Source: the human T2T-CHM13v2.0 reference genome, Homo sapiens
Direction: 5' to 3' (one strand)
Length of the DNA stretch: 64,000 bases
NCBI RefSeq assembly: GCF_009914755.1
Contig: NC_060938.1
Position numbers and translations under genes: made by a program. Positions 42,350 through 55,693 of this stretch are shown here, piece after piece. A model generated the notes under the pieces. It saw only the letters and a program-made list of their open reading frames with translations. It made no database searches and was not told where the DNA came from. How positions within the stretch are numbered: position 1 is the stretch's first letter; each line of letters begins with the position of its first letter.

Positions 42350-45300
42350 ATGTAAGATGACAAATTAGGAAGTCCCCATTTGTATTACCTCATGGCAACA
42401 ATAATTTGGTAGTCACATATGGACAAAGTGCCTTTGTGGGATCTGGGATGCAGGAAGAAGCTTGCAAAACCCCAGAGGGGTTCAGGACCAAGAAATGTTT
42501 TGTAAGGGCTGGCCCATGCCCAAGTAGAAAAGCCATTGACCATGGTCCTAGCTACCAACCCAGAAACAGCTCTCTATTCACTTTGGACTTGCCTAAAACC
42601 CCATTTGGCCTTGGTCCTGCTACCAGCATCATCTACCAAGGGATACAGGAAAAGTCACAACTGACCATGTCCCCAGAGGCAGACCCACTGTCCACACTTT
42701 GACTGCAGATCTTGAAGCAGAGCTGTAACTTGGCTCCAGCCACTCTCAGAAATAGTCCAAGAGCAATCCTGCCAATCCAAGAATATGGAGAGAGATATGC
42801 CCATCTGTGCCAACAGAGACAGGTCTATAGACCTCAGTCTCAGCTGCAGAACCTGAAGCAACCCTGTGATTGATTCAAGCCCCACTCAGTTGTGATCCAG
42901 TGTTAGTCCTGACTTCCTATGGATCTGAATAGTGACCAGATGGAAAACCCCACCCCACAGTGATCCAGCAGGAGTCACAGCCATCCACCCACATGGTAAA
43001 AGGCCTTCCATTTGTGAACCTTTTAAACCCTAAAGTGAACCCTTGTTCAGGGCTCTAACTGCACTCAGCAGCAATAGAGTAGGCAATGTCAGCCCTAGGA
43101 CCCAATAAAAGAAGGCCTTTACCTGCCAAAATCATTCTGTAAAACCTGGATAAGGCATTTGCTCCTTCATATGCAGAGAAGCTAATGCAAACCTAAATAG
43201 ATTACGAAGAATCAGGCAAACATGGCATGACCAAAGGAAACTAATTAAACTTCAGTAACTAAACCAAAAGAAATGGAGATCAAAAGTTACCTGAAAAATA
43301 ACTCAAAATTATCATCTTTAAAAAGTTCAGTTAGACTTAAGAGAAGACAGAAAGACAACTAAATGGAATCAGAAAAAACAATGAATGAGAATATTAGAAG
43401 TTTAATTAAGAAATATAAACCATAAAAAGAACCAAACAGAAATCCTGGAGCTAAAGAGCACAATGACAGAACTGACGAAATTGAACTGATACCTTCAATA
43501 GAAAACATGGTCATGCAGAAGACAGAATCTGTGAACTCAAAAATAGGCCATTTTAAATTAGCCAGTATGAAAAGTAAGCAAAATAGAATTAAACAATATA
43601 GGGCACAGGACTATCAGACATCATCAAAAGTGGAATATATGCATTATGAATATCCAAAAAGGACAAAAGAAAGGAAAGGAACAAAAAGATTATGGAAGAA
43701 ATAGTGGCTGAAACTTTCCAAATTTTTGGAGTAATATAAACTTCCAGGTTCATAAAGAACAAAGTACTCCGAGCAAAATCAGCCCAAAGAACACTATCTC
43801 CAGGTATATTATAATCAAATTTTCAAAAATCAAAGACAAAGAGAATTTTGCAAGCAGCAAGACATGAGCACCTCTTACATACAAGGGAACCCCATAAAGA
43901 TATCAATGGATTTTTAAGCAGAAACCTTGCAAGTCAGGAGGGAAGGGGAATGATGTATTCAAAGTACTAAAATCAAAAGCACAGCCACCAAGAATATTAT
44001 ACTTAGTAAATATGCCCTTCAGAAATGAAATAGAAATAAAGACATTCTCAGAAAAACAGAAGCTGAGGGAGTTTATCACCACTCAGCCTGCCTTACAAGA
44101 AATGCTAATGTCAGTTTATCAAGCTGAAACAAAAAGATGTTAAATAATAACATGAAAACATATGAAGGTGTAACACTATCTGGTAAAGTTAAATATAGTC
44201 AAATCTGAAATATTCTAAAACTGTAATGGTAGTGTGTAAATCACTGTTAAGCCTAGTAGAAAATTAGAAGTTAAAAGTATTAAAAATAATCATAGCTACA
44301 ATAATTTATTAATGAATGTGCAATACAAAAGAGGTAGTATGAATCATATTAATCCATTTTCACACTGTTATAAAGAAATACCTGAGAATGGGTAATTTTT
44401 TTAAAAAACAGGCTTAATTGACTCACACTTCACGTGGCTGGGGAGGCCTCAGGAAACTTACAATCATGACAGAAGGGGAAGCAGGCACCTTCTTCACAAG
44501 GCAGCAAGATAGGATGAGCACAAGCGAGGGAAATGCCAGATGCTTAAAAAACCATCAGATCTCATGAGAACTCACTCACTATCATGAGACCAGCATGAGG
44601 GAAACATCCCCCATAATCCAATTCCTTCCCAAGGGGTCTTTTTCCAAACACCTGGGGATTACAATTCAAGGTGAGATTTGGGTGGGAACCCAAAGCCAAA
44701 CCACATCATTCTGCTCCTGGCCCCTCCCAAATCTTACATCCTCAGATTTCAAAACCAATAATGCCATCCTAACAGTCCCCAAAAATCTTAAACCATGTCA
44801 GCATTAACTCCAAAGTCCATAGTCCAAAGTCTCATCTGAACAAAGCAAGTTCCTTCTACCTATGACCCTGTAAAATCAAAAACAAGTTAGCTCCTTCCAA
44901 GATACAATGGGAATACTGGCATTGGGTAAATACACTCATTCTAAATGGGAGAAATTGGCCAAAACAAAAGGGCTACAGGCTCCATGCAAGTCCAAAATCC
45001 AATGGGGCAGTCATTAAATGTTAAAGCTCCAAAATGATCTCCTTTGACTCCCTGTCTCACAACCAGGTCACGCTGATGCAAGAGATGGACTCCCATAGCT
45101 TTGGGCAGCTCAAACCCTATGGCTTTGCAGGATACAACCCCCAACCTAGCTGCTTTCACAGACTGGCATTGAGTGTCTGTGGCTTTTCCAGGCTCACAGT
45201 GCAAGCTATTGGTGGATCAAGCATTCTAGGGTCTGGAGGATGGTGGCCCTTTTCTCATAGCTTCAATAGACAGTGCCCCAGTGGGGACTCTGGGTGGGGG

Positions 45301-48119
45301 TTCAAACCCCACATTTGCTTTCCACACTGCCCTATCAGAGGTTCTCCATGGGAGCCCCAACACTGCAGCAGACCTCTGCCTAGACATCCAGGCCTTTCCA
45401 TACATCCTCTGAAATCTAGGTGGAAGTTCTCAAACCTCAATTTTTGACATCTATGTACTTGCAGGCCCAACACCTCATGAAAGGCCACTAAGGCTTAGAA
45501 CTTGCACCCTGTGAAGTGATGGCCTAAACTGTACATTGGCCTCTTTTAGCCAGGTCTGGGATGCACAGCACCAAGTCCTGAGATTGCACAAAGCGGCAAG
45601 GCCCAGGGCCCAGCCAATGAAACCATTTTTTCCTTCTAGGCCTCTGGGCCTGTGATGGGAGGGGCTGCTGTGAAGACCTCTGACATGCCCTGGAGACATT
45701 TTCCCCATTGTCTTGGTGATTAACACTTGGCTCCTCATTACTTATGCAAATTTCTGCAGCAGACTTGAATTTCCAGAAAATGGGATTTTCTTTTCTAGCA
45801 TCATCAGGCTGAAAATTTTGTAAACTTTTATGCTCTGCTTCCCTTTTTAACATAAGTTCCATCTTCAGTTCTTCTCTTTCGAGTTCAAAGTTCCACAGAT
45901 CTCTACGGCAGGGGCAAAATGCTACCAGTCTCTTTGCTAAAGCATAGCAAGAGTAACCTTTGCTCTAGTTCCCAGTAAGTTCCTCATCTCCATCTGAGAC
46001 CACCTCAACCTGGATTTCACTGTCCACATCATTATCAGCATTTTAGTCAAAACCATTCAAAAAGTCTCTAGAAAGTTCCAAACTTTCCCATATCTCCCTG
46101 TCTTCTTCTGAGCCCTCCAAATTGTTCCAACTTCTGCACATTACCCAGTTCCAAAGTCACTTCTACATTTTGGGATATCTTTATAGCAGTACCCCACTCT
46201 TGGTACCAATTACTGTATTAGTCTGTTTTTACACTGCTCTGAAGAAATACCCAAGACTGGGTAATTTATAAAGAAAAGAGGTGTAATTGACTCACAGTTC
46301 CACATGGCTGGGGAGGCTTCAGGAAACTTTCAATTATGGCAGAAGGGGAAGCAGAAACCTCTTTATAAGGCGGCAAGAGAGAGTGTGAATGCAAGCAGGC
46401 GAAATGCCAGAAGCTTATAAAAACATCAGATCTCATGAGAACTCATTCACTATCATAAGAACAGCATGGAGGAACTGCCCTCATAATCCAATCACCCTCA
46501 CCAGTTCTCTCCCTAAACACCTAGGGATTACAATTCAAGATGACATTTGGGTGGGGAACCAAAGCCTAACCATATCAGATATGAATAGCATAAAATGGGT
46601 GGGGGTAGTAATCTTGTTAAGTTTTTGTATGTGATTGGTGTTAGTTATTACCTTAAAATATACAGTTACAACTATGTTTTATGTAAGCCTCATGGTAACC
46701 ACAAAGAAAAAAGTCTGTAGTAGATACACAAAAGATAAAGAAAGATAAATCAAAGCATACCACTAGAAAAAAGTAAACAAATTACAGAGGAATGCAATGA
46801 GAATGGAAGAAAGAAACTAAGAAACTATAAAAATGTCAAAAACAATGAACAAATTGGCAATAAAAAGTCCTTACATATCAATGATTACTGTAAATGGAAA
46901 TGGACTAAATAAGTGGAGTGGACTAAATAAATGAAATATCCACATGCTACAGAATGAAATCAAACTTTTATCTTATGCCATGCACAAAAATTAACTTAAA
47001 TTATAGACTTACATGTAACATTGGAAACCATAGAACTCCTAGAAGAAAATATACATAAAAAGTTCCATGACATTGGTCTGGGTGATGATTTTTTGAATAT
47101 GACAACAAGAGCACAGAGAACAAGCAAAAATAAACGTGGGATAAATCAAACTAAAAAACTTTTGCACAAGAAAACAAAATATATTCAACAATATGAAAAG
47201 ACTCTCCAAAGAGATAAGTGCTGAGGATTTGGAAAAAGAATTCTTTTCCACTGTTGTTGAGAATGTAAAATGATGCAACCACTATGGAAACAATATAGAA
47301 GTTAAAATTAAAACTACTGTATTATCCAGTAATCTCACTTTTGGGTATATATATACAAAGAAAATGAAAGCAGTATCTTAGTGATATCTGCACTCCCATG
47401 TTCACTGCAGCATTATTCACAATAGCCAAGATATGGAAACAACGTAATTAGCCATTACTGGATTAATGGATAAAGAAGATGTCATATGTATGTATATAAT
47501 GGAACACTATTCACCCTTTAAAAAGAAAAAAGTTGTCACATAATTCGTGACAACATGCTTGAACTGAAGGACATTATGGTGTGTGAAATATATGTGTATG
47601 TGTGTATACGCACAATGGAACATTACTCAGCTACAACTAAATAGATATCCTCCCTTTTGTGATAACATGGATGAAGCTAGAGGATATCATGCTAATGAAA
47701 TAGGCCAGATGCAGAATGAAACATACTGCATTATTTCACTTATGTGTGGAATCTAAAAATGTCAAACTCACAGAAACAGAGTAGAATAATGGTTGCAAGG
47801 AACTGGGGTGCGGTGAAAATGCAGAGACTTTGGTCAAAGCATAAAACTTTCAGTTATAAGATGAATAAGTTCTGGAAATCTAATGCACATAATGATGACT
47901 ATAGTTGAAAATAATGTATTACATAATTACAATAGGCTAAGACAATAGATATTAAGTGTAGCCACCATCAAAAAGATCAGTATGTGAGGTGATGGATATG
48001 TTAATTAGTTTGATTTAGTAAACATTTCATAATACATACATATAACAAATAAGCACATTTTATACCTTAAATGTATACAATATTTACTTGTTGATTATTC
48101 CTCAATAAAGCTAAAAAAA
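42350..48119 (+). mobile_element. Old L1 (L1MA9/10-like) retaining 5' UTR, ORF1 and 3' end, with internal ORF2 deletions and a nested MST provirus
   Basis: GC-richer 5' UTR 42350-43200; ORF1-like 'aagaaccaaacagaaatcctggagct', 'gcagaaaccttgcaagtcagg'; 3' end 'taccttaaatgtatacaat...ctcaataaagctaaaaaaa'. Confidence 0.75.
44345..46577 (-). mobile_element. Two-LTR MST/THE1D-type MaLR provirus (LTRs 44345-44708 and 46214-46577, internal 44709-46213)
   Basis: Two direct antisense LTRs ending 'aaaccacatca' and 'aaccatatca'. Typical MaLR-int text 'ggctacaggctccatgcaagtcc' and 'ggtaccaattta'-like boundary. Confidence 0.92.
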
Positions 48120-49384
48120 TCACTCCAAGATCAATGACCTATAGGAATCAATGATATTTTCAGTCTAATACATTTTCCTTTTTGGTATTTCTTCACATGA
48201 AATCCTATCTTCCTACAAAAACAACTGCCCACTCATATTAGGTAATCTCTGTTCTAAGAAGGGAGTATTCTTCTTGGTATTTTATTAGGCCACTTATTTC
48301 TTATACTAACCATTCAACTGAATTTAATATTTTTTAAAAGGTGAAATATATCTTTGGTACCTGCATGAGCAAAGATCTATGGTGAAGATGGATGTTGTGT
48401 GAGTGTATATTTAAGGATAGTCCTAAAAAAACCTAGAGATGTCATACACGTTTCCTGAAAATGTCAACATATTTATGATTATTTCTCATAGGCAAACTTA
48501 AAAATATAAGAACAACAGAAAAAGTAAAGACATATTCATAACAACCTAACCCTAAAGTTACAGACAACATTAAAGTGATGGAAGAATCGGATGAAAATTA
48601 ATGTGATTGCATAATGAAGTCTCCTGTTTTACTTAGTAAACATAAAAATTTATAAATTTCAAAAAAGTTCTAATTACAGAAGAACTAACCTAAATAATAA
48701 AGATATGAAAAATACTCAAAACTAATTTCTAAAGGAAAAAACAAATTTAAACAATGAGATATAAATCCATACCAATCAAATCAGCAAAAATTAGAAAGCT
48801 AGACAGTATAAATTGTTGTAGAGGGAGTAGGAATATGGATATCTTCGTGTGTACCCATGCTAGTATAAAATATGCAGCAATTCTGGGGAGCAGTCTCATG
48901 ATACTTAGTGACATTAAGCCTACACACTCTGTGAGAATCAGCAATTGTACTCCTGAGCACATATTCCACAGAAAGTGCCCACAAGTTCAAAAGTGATGAT
49001 AATTGCAGCACTTCTTTCTGTGACAGGAAGTTGGAGGCAAATTTGAGGGCTATTACTGGGGAACTTTCATAAGAGCATGGTGGATGAACACCAGGGAATA
49101 CCAGACAGTGATGAAAAGCAATGGGCTAGATGTAAACACCATTTGAATAATTCATAGAAAACTTGTTGCGTAAAGAGTTGTAAGATCACAATGAGATATA
49201 TAACATACAACCTATAAAAGTATATAAATATAAAATTACATGTATTTTTCAAGAATATACACATATAATAAAAGGATCCAAAATAGCTACATAAGAATGA
49301 TAACCTTCTCAAAATGGTGGTGGGGTAGATAATATAATAAGAAATAAAGGTAAAAACAATTTATAAATAGGTATTTTTAAAGGC

Positions 49385-50236
49385 TGTATTAGATTTATTA
49401 GATTTCAATTGCTGCATAACTAATCATCACAACTTAGCAACTTAAAATCATGCAAATTCATGATCTCTTAGTTCATGACTGCCAGAAGTCCAAACTCCAA
49501 TCAGGGCTCAGGGTTTTCTGCTGAAGATTTCACAAGACGAACATCTAGGTGACATCTGAGGCCAGGAGTTCATCTGAGACTTGGTGTCTTCTTCCAAGCT
49601 AATGTGGTTATTGGATTAATTTATTTTCTTGTAGCTATAGAATTCAAAAAGACTAACCATCAAGGCCATCAGCAAAGCATCTCTTTGAGGTTTCATTTTT
49701 CCATAAAGGGCTAGACTAGGCCCAAACAGGACAATCTCTCTTTTGATTAACTGAAAATCAACTGATTAGTAATCTAATTACAGAAGGGATAGCCTATCGT
49801 ATTCACTGGTTATGTCCACATTCAAGAAAAGGGAATTAAACCGGGTGATATGGTTTGGCAGTGTCCCCATCCAAATCTCATCTTGAATGTAGTTTCCATA
49901 ATTCCCATGTGCAGTGAGAGGCACCTGGTGGGAGGTAAATGAATCATGGGAGCAGTTTCCCCCATGCTGTTCTCATGATAGTAAGTTCTCACACAAGATC
50001 TGATGGTTTTACAAGGGGCCTCCCTGCTCACTCAGCTCTCATTCTTCTCCTTCCTGCCTTCTTGTGATTAAAGATGTGTTTGCTTCCCCTTCTGCCATGA
50101 TTGTAACTTTCCTGAGGCCTCCCCAGTCATGCTGAACTGTGAATCAGTTAAACCTCTTTCCTTTGTAAATTACCCCCTCTTGGGTAAGTCTTTATTAGAG
50201 GCATGAGAAAGGACTAATACACAGGGCATGTATATC
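49385..50236 (-). mobile_element. MLT1E/F-type LTR interrupted by THE1
   Basis: 'attgctgcataactaatcatcacaacttagcaacttaaaa' and 'ggacaatctctcttttgattaactgaaaatcaactgattag'. Confidence 0.6.
49846..50221 (+). mobile_element. THE1 (THE1D-like) solo LTR
   Basis: 'tgatatggtttggcagtgtcccc'...'ggactaataca'. TSD ccggg/caggg. Confidence 0.92.
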
Positions 50237-50249
50237 AAAGTTTTATGAT

Positions 50250-52780
50250 ATAAAATGTTATGAATGTTCAGTAACAGCTATATCAAGCAGATAAAAATGA
50301 GTAAAGGTACAGAATATTTGAATATCATCAGTAATGTTTGATTTAATGAACAGAACTCTGTACCCAACAATTAGAATATGACAAAAGGATTTTTAAAGAC
50401 ATGTAATGCAAATTAGGAATAAAAGAAAAAACTGAAACTTGCATAGCTACATTGACATAGGAAAAAATACATTATAATACAAAAATCTATTGGAGATAAG
50501 GCGATCACTGCATAACAATAAGTGTTTTAATTTACTAGAAAGACATAATAATTCCAAACTTGAATGAAACTACAAACAGTTTCTAAATACTCATGACAAA
50601 GAAATATTGACAAATCCACCACCATATAGGGATATTTAACCAAATTTTATCTTCAACTGATATATAATGCAACTTACTAAACTCAACAAAAATGTGTAAG
50701 ATTTAGGAAAAGCATAATATGCTCACTCTAATGGACAAATATTGATCCTGTATTCCTCAATCCGAAAATACACGTTGTTTTAAGGTACTAACAGAATATA
50801 AGTAAAAACTTAACTGTTCTGTGCAGAAAAGAAATCTCCATAAGCTTTAAAACACCTGTATAATACAGGATACTATCTCTAACCACAATGTAATTAATTT
50901 AGAAAATAATAGCTAAAAGATAACCAAATAAGATACAAGCAAATGCTTGAAAATTTAAAACACACAAAAATAACTCAATGTCAAATAAGGAATCATATTA
51001 TATAGCACAATTATGGAATGTAACTAAATGAATAATTAGAAGACTATCATTTTAAATGTAGATTTTTTGGAAAGAAAGGAAGATTAAAAACAACTAAGTA
51101 TAAAACTTAAGCACTTAGAAAGTGAACTTTAAAATAAATTAATCACAGTAGAAGTAATGAAATACTTAACATAATAGCAGAATGAAGTAAAACAGCAGAA
51201 ATGTAATAAAGAGGATCAACAAATCAAATAGTTGCTTTTTTGAAAGCAAACGGAAACTCCTGGCAAACTTTCTCAAGATGAAAAGAGAGAAAGCACAAAG
51301 AAATAATATCAGTGATGAAAGAGGTGGCATAACATTGATATAGCTAAAATTATAATGAGAACGGTATAAATTTTATGTGAAGAAATTGACAAACTCAGAT
51401 GAATATATAAATCACAGAAAATTATGTTACCAAAACTGATTCAAAAGGATATTTAAAACATGGTCAGGTTTACAATTATGAATAAATAAAATCATTTGCT
51501 AAAATTATTTTCACAGATGAAACTCCAGGTCCATAATATTTCAACAAAGTCTATCACATATTCAGAAATGGTTCTAATCTTGAAAATATTATCACAGTAG
51601 ATAGAAAATATGGAAGCACTTCCAATTTATTTTTCTCATGAAGTTGGTATAAAATTGGTTACAAAATGTCACAGAGATTATTTAAGTAAGGAAAATATCA
51701 GAGTGATTTTATTCGTAAGTATAAATGTAAAAATCAATGTTAAAATATTAGCAAACCCCAATAATTTGTATTACCTTGTGATTTAGTTGAGAGTACCTCA
51801 GGTATATAAAGTGGAATTAACATTGAATAACATGATTATGTAATTAAAGCATAAAATACTAAAAGAAAATCATATATTTATGTTGACAGGTACAACTAAT
51901 GGATGTATTCAATGAACTCCAACACATATTCATGATGTTAAAAATATTTTTTAGCAAACTAGAAGTGGATGAGAACTTGCTTAATATGAGAAGGGCTGTT
52001 AAACACTTACAGTAAATGTACAGTATTTTTAAAAATATTAATGAAATAATTTCTATTGAAAACAAGAACAAGATACCCACTAATACCACTTTGCTTAGCT
52101 CTTTCACTGGAACTATTATTTATTACAGTAAGAAAGTTAAAGAAATAAATTTTATGGTTTGGAAAAGTGCTTTAACCAGTGGTCATTATGATGTATATGC
52201 CCAAATTAAAATTGAGAGAAAAGATTAGAATTAATAAGATGTCAATTACTTTAAATATAAATTATCTTAAATAAATTATTTTGATATAAAGCAAATTTAC
52301 GAGTTATTTGCATTTTTATTTAGTAAGCAGGTAGAAAAGAACTTAGTTTCAAAAAGTTACCATTTGCAATAACAACTATAATACATGAGTCAACAAGGAA
52401 TAAGTTTTGAAAAGACATGACATGGCTTTTCAAAAATAAGCATTTGTATTGATATACATTAACAAATCTAAGCAAATTGAGAGATATGCCAAGTAGGACA
52501 AATTGTTAGTATAAATTGATACTTGGCTTGAAGAATAATCTAAAAAACTCCAAGCAAGATTTCTTGTTTTGTCTTTTCTTCCATCTTTCCTTCCTTCTTC
52601 CTCTCTTCTTTTTCCTTTTTTTAATGTTCTTTCCTTTCTTTCTTCCTCTCTCCTTCTTCCCTTCCTTCCTCCTGCCCTTGCTCTTTCTCCTCCATCTTCT
52701 TCTTTCTCTCCCTCTCTCTCCTGGTAGAACATGATAAGCTTGAAAAGCTCACACCTAAATACATATTTAAAAATGAAGAA
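50250..52780 (+). mobile_element. Highly diverged L1M ORF2 region
   Basis: 'gaggatcaacaaatcaaatagttgcttttttgaaa', 'aactccaggtcca', 'aaaatattagcaaac', 'catttgcaataacaac'. Confidence 0.6.
52560..52721. repeat. Polypyrimidine (CT-rich) low-complexity tract
   Basis: Direct read. Confidence 0.85.
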
Positions 52781-53160
52781 TACACTTTCAGTTTTTGGTT
52801 CCCCATGTAAGAAGAATAGAAGCTGCCATTCTGTTCTAACAAGTAAAAATCTAGAAGACCAATAAAATTAGCAACTCTTCTGGGATTTTTAAGAGAAATG
52901 AGGACACAGAGCAAACCACTGCCCCCAAAATTAGAGAAACAGACAAACAAATGCAGGGAATCATATCTTACCAGAGCAGAGACTAATGAGTAGAAACTGC
53001 TGTGAGAACCAGTGCTGGGATAGGAAAATCTGAACTGTAACTGGCACATTGCTTTATGCTAAGTGTGGGCGAGTGCAAGAGTTAAATAAAAATAACTAAA
53101 GGGGGACTCAGTCACGGGGGAGGGGCTTCACTTCTGTGAGTTTTATCTCCAGGAGCCTGA

Positions 53161-53256
53161 CCAGGTTCTAACAGTAAATATTGGAAAGCAGTTTTCTCAT
53201 GCTTCTGCCAGGTTCTATCAGTAAATATTGGAGAGCAGTTCTCCCTTGTTTCTGCC
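53161..53256. repeat. 47-bp tandem duplication inside L1 5' region
   Basis: 'ccaggttcta.cagtaaatattgga.agcagtt.tc.c.tg.ttctg' twice. Confidence 0.85.
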
Positions 53257-53483
53257 TCAGGGATAGAAAGCAGAACCATTTGGAAATATGCCAGAGCACT
53301 CTGTTCTTAATATGGTCTGCCCTCAAGAGAAACTATTTAACCAAAGCCTAAAGTGCTAGGATTTTATCAGATCCTAACTGGCATGGGGAAAGAGAAATAC
53401 CCAATTCCAGCCCATTCTAGCCACCTAGGTGGGGAAACACTTGTGAAGTTCAAAATACAGAAGCATAGCCTCACTAAAAGACT

Positions 53484-53847
53484 TGGAATACTATGCAGCC
53501 ATAAAAAATGATGAGTTCATGTCCTTTGTAGGAACATGGATGAAGCTGGAAACCATCATTCTCAGCAAACTATCTCAAGGACAAAAAACAAAACACCGCA
53601 TGTTCTCACTCTTAGGTGGGAATTGAACAATGAGAACACATGGACACAGGAAGGGGAGCATCATACACCGGGGACTGTTGTGGGGTGGAGGAACGGGGGA
53701 GGGATAGCATTAGGAGATATACCCAATGCTAAATGATGAGTTAATGGATGCAGCACACCAACATGGTGCATGGATACATATGTAACAAACCTGCACGTTG
53801 TGCACATGTACCCTAAAACTTAAAGTATAATAATAATAAAATTAAAA
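53484..53847 (+). mobile_element. 5'-truncated L1PA3/4 3' end
   Basis: 3' UTR 'aatgctaaatgatgagttaatgg...accctaaaacttaaag' and A-tail. TSD 'aaaagact'. Confidence 0.92.
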
Positions 53848-54531
53848 AAAAGACTGAGACCCAATCATGAGACTATAGAATGCCTCCTGTCCTCCCTCAC
53901 ATTACACCACATTACTGAAAACCTATTTACCTTTTACCTGGAACATCATGTTGGGCTATCAAAAAAATTACAAGGCATACTAAAAGGCAAAAAGAAACCA
54001 CACAATTTTAAGGGACAGAGCAAGCACAAAAAACAGATATTGCAGAGATGATGAAATTATTAGACCAGAAATTTAAATCAATGATTGATATGCTAAGTGC
54101 TCTAATGGATAAAAGAGGGAGCATGTAAGAAAAGATAGGCAATGTAAGGAGAAAAACAGTAATCCTAAGAAAGAACAGAATTCCAAAAAAAAAAAAAATG
54201 CTGAAGATCAGAAACATTGTAAGATAAATGAAGAATGTCTTTGATAGGCTAATTAGTAGATGGAACATATATGAGGAAAGAATCTTTGGGTTACAAACAT
54301 CCAAACTGAAAAGCAAAAAGAACAGTGATTAAAAAACCAAAACAGAACATCTAAGGACTGTGGAACAATTTTAAAAGATGATATTTGAGCAAAAGGGAAA
54401 TTAGAGAAGGAGAAGAGAGAGAAGATGGAGCAAAAGAAATATTTGAAACATTTATTGAGATTTTCCCCCAAATTAATATCAGACAGATTCAGGAAAATTC
54501 AGAGGATACCAAGCCATATGAATGCCAAACA

Positions 54532-54572
<41 letters not shown>
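54532..54572. repeat. (CA)n/(CG)n microsatellite
   Basis: acacacacgcgcgcgcacaca... Confidence 0.9.
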
Positions 54573-54578
<6 letters not shown>

Positions 54579-55049
54579 ATGTAGGTATATTATTATCAAC
54601 CTTTTGAAAATCAAAGATACAGAAAAAATTCTGAAAGAAGATAGAGGAAGAAAACCACTGTACTTATAGGAGAGCAATGAAAAGTTAAATCTGACTTCTC
54701 AGAAAGCATGGAAGCAACAATAGAGTGGAATGAAATACTTAAAGTGTTGAAAGGGAAAAAAACACCAAAATAGAATTCTGTTTCCTCTAAAATTATGCTT
54801 TAAAAGTGAAGGAGAAATAATTACTTTCTTAGGCAAACAAATATCGAGGGAATTTGTTGCCAGCAAATCTCCCTTGCATGAAACATTGAAAGAAGTTTTT
54901 TAGGGAGAAGGAAAATAATATAGGTCAGTTACTCATAATTCATATAAAAGAGATTAGTGAAGAGGAATAAGTGATGGTTAAATAACAACTTTTATTTTTC
55001 TTATTCTTAACTGAACTAACAGATAACACTTTGTTTAAAATAATAATAG

Positions 55050-55311
55050 GGCCAGGCACAGTGACTCACGCTTGTAATTCAAGCACTTTGGAGGTTGAGG
55101 AGGGAGGATATCTTGAAGCCAGGAGTTTGAGACCAGCCTGAGCAATGTAGTGAGACCCTCATCTCCCCAAGAAAAACCAAAAATTAGCTTGATTTGGTGG
55201 CTCACACCAGTAGCCAGGAGTTGGAGGCTGCAGTGAACCATAATCATGCTACTGCACTACAATCTGTGGGACACAGTGAAGCCTGTCTCTAAAATCAAAT
55301 GAAATCAAATC
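55050..55311 (+). mobile_element. AluJ with about 40-bp deletion in the right arm
   Basis: J-type bases; 'caccagtagccaggagttggaggctgc' junction. TSD 'aaataataatag'. Confidence 0.85.
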
Positions 55312-55487
55312 AAATAATAATAGCAACAATATATTTTATGTAGACTTATGTATCTATCTTTTGTGTGTGTAAATATATATATGTATATATCTCAGCTTAT
55401 GCACACTTATATATAAATGAAATGAATGAAAACAATAATACATGGGAGAGGATGGGAAAATTAGGATTGTATTGTTATTATAAGGTT

Positions 55488-55693
55488 TAGTAAGTCTTCA
55501 TTTAATGTCATTGATAAGTTATTAGAGAATATTAGTTTTAATAAAATGACATATAATGAAATAATTTTTCCCCATTAATGTTATAACAAACTGACGTTGA
55601 AGGAAATGATACTATTTGAGGATCTGCTTTTTATATTGTTTCACTTTAAGTCACAGCTTTCAATAACCTATTGACAATATTGAGGACTCACTG
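55488..55693. mobile_element. MER6B-like Tigger-derived MITE
   Basis: Inverted ends 'agtaagtcttca'...'tgaggactcactg' followed by TA; internal 'gacgttgaaggaaatgatactatttgaggatctgct'. Confidence 0.75.

Noticed and set aside
44595-45862. Overlapping ORFs of 70-137 aa
   Set aside because: MaLR LTR and internal sequence; non-coding decayed element.
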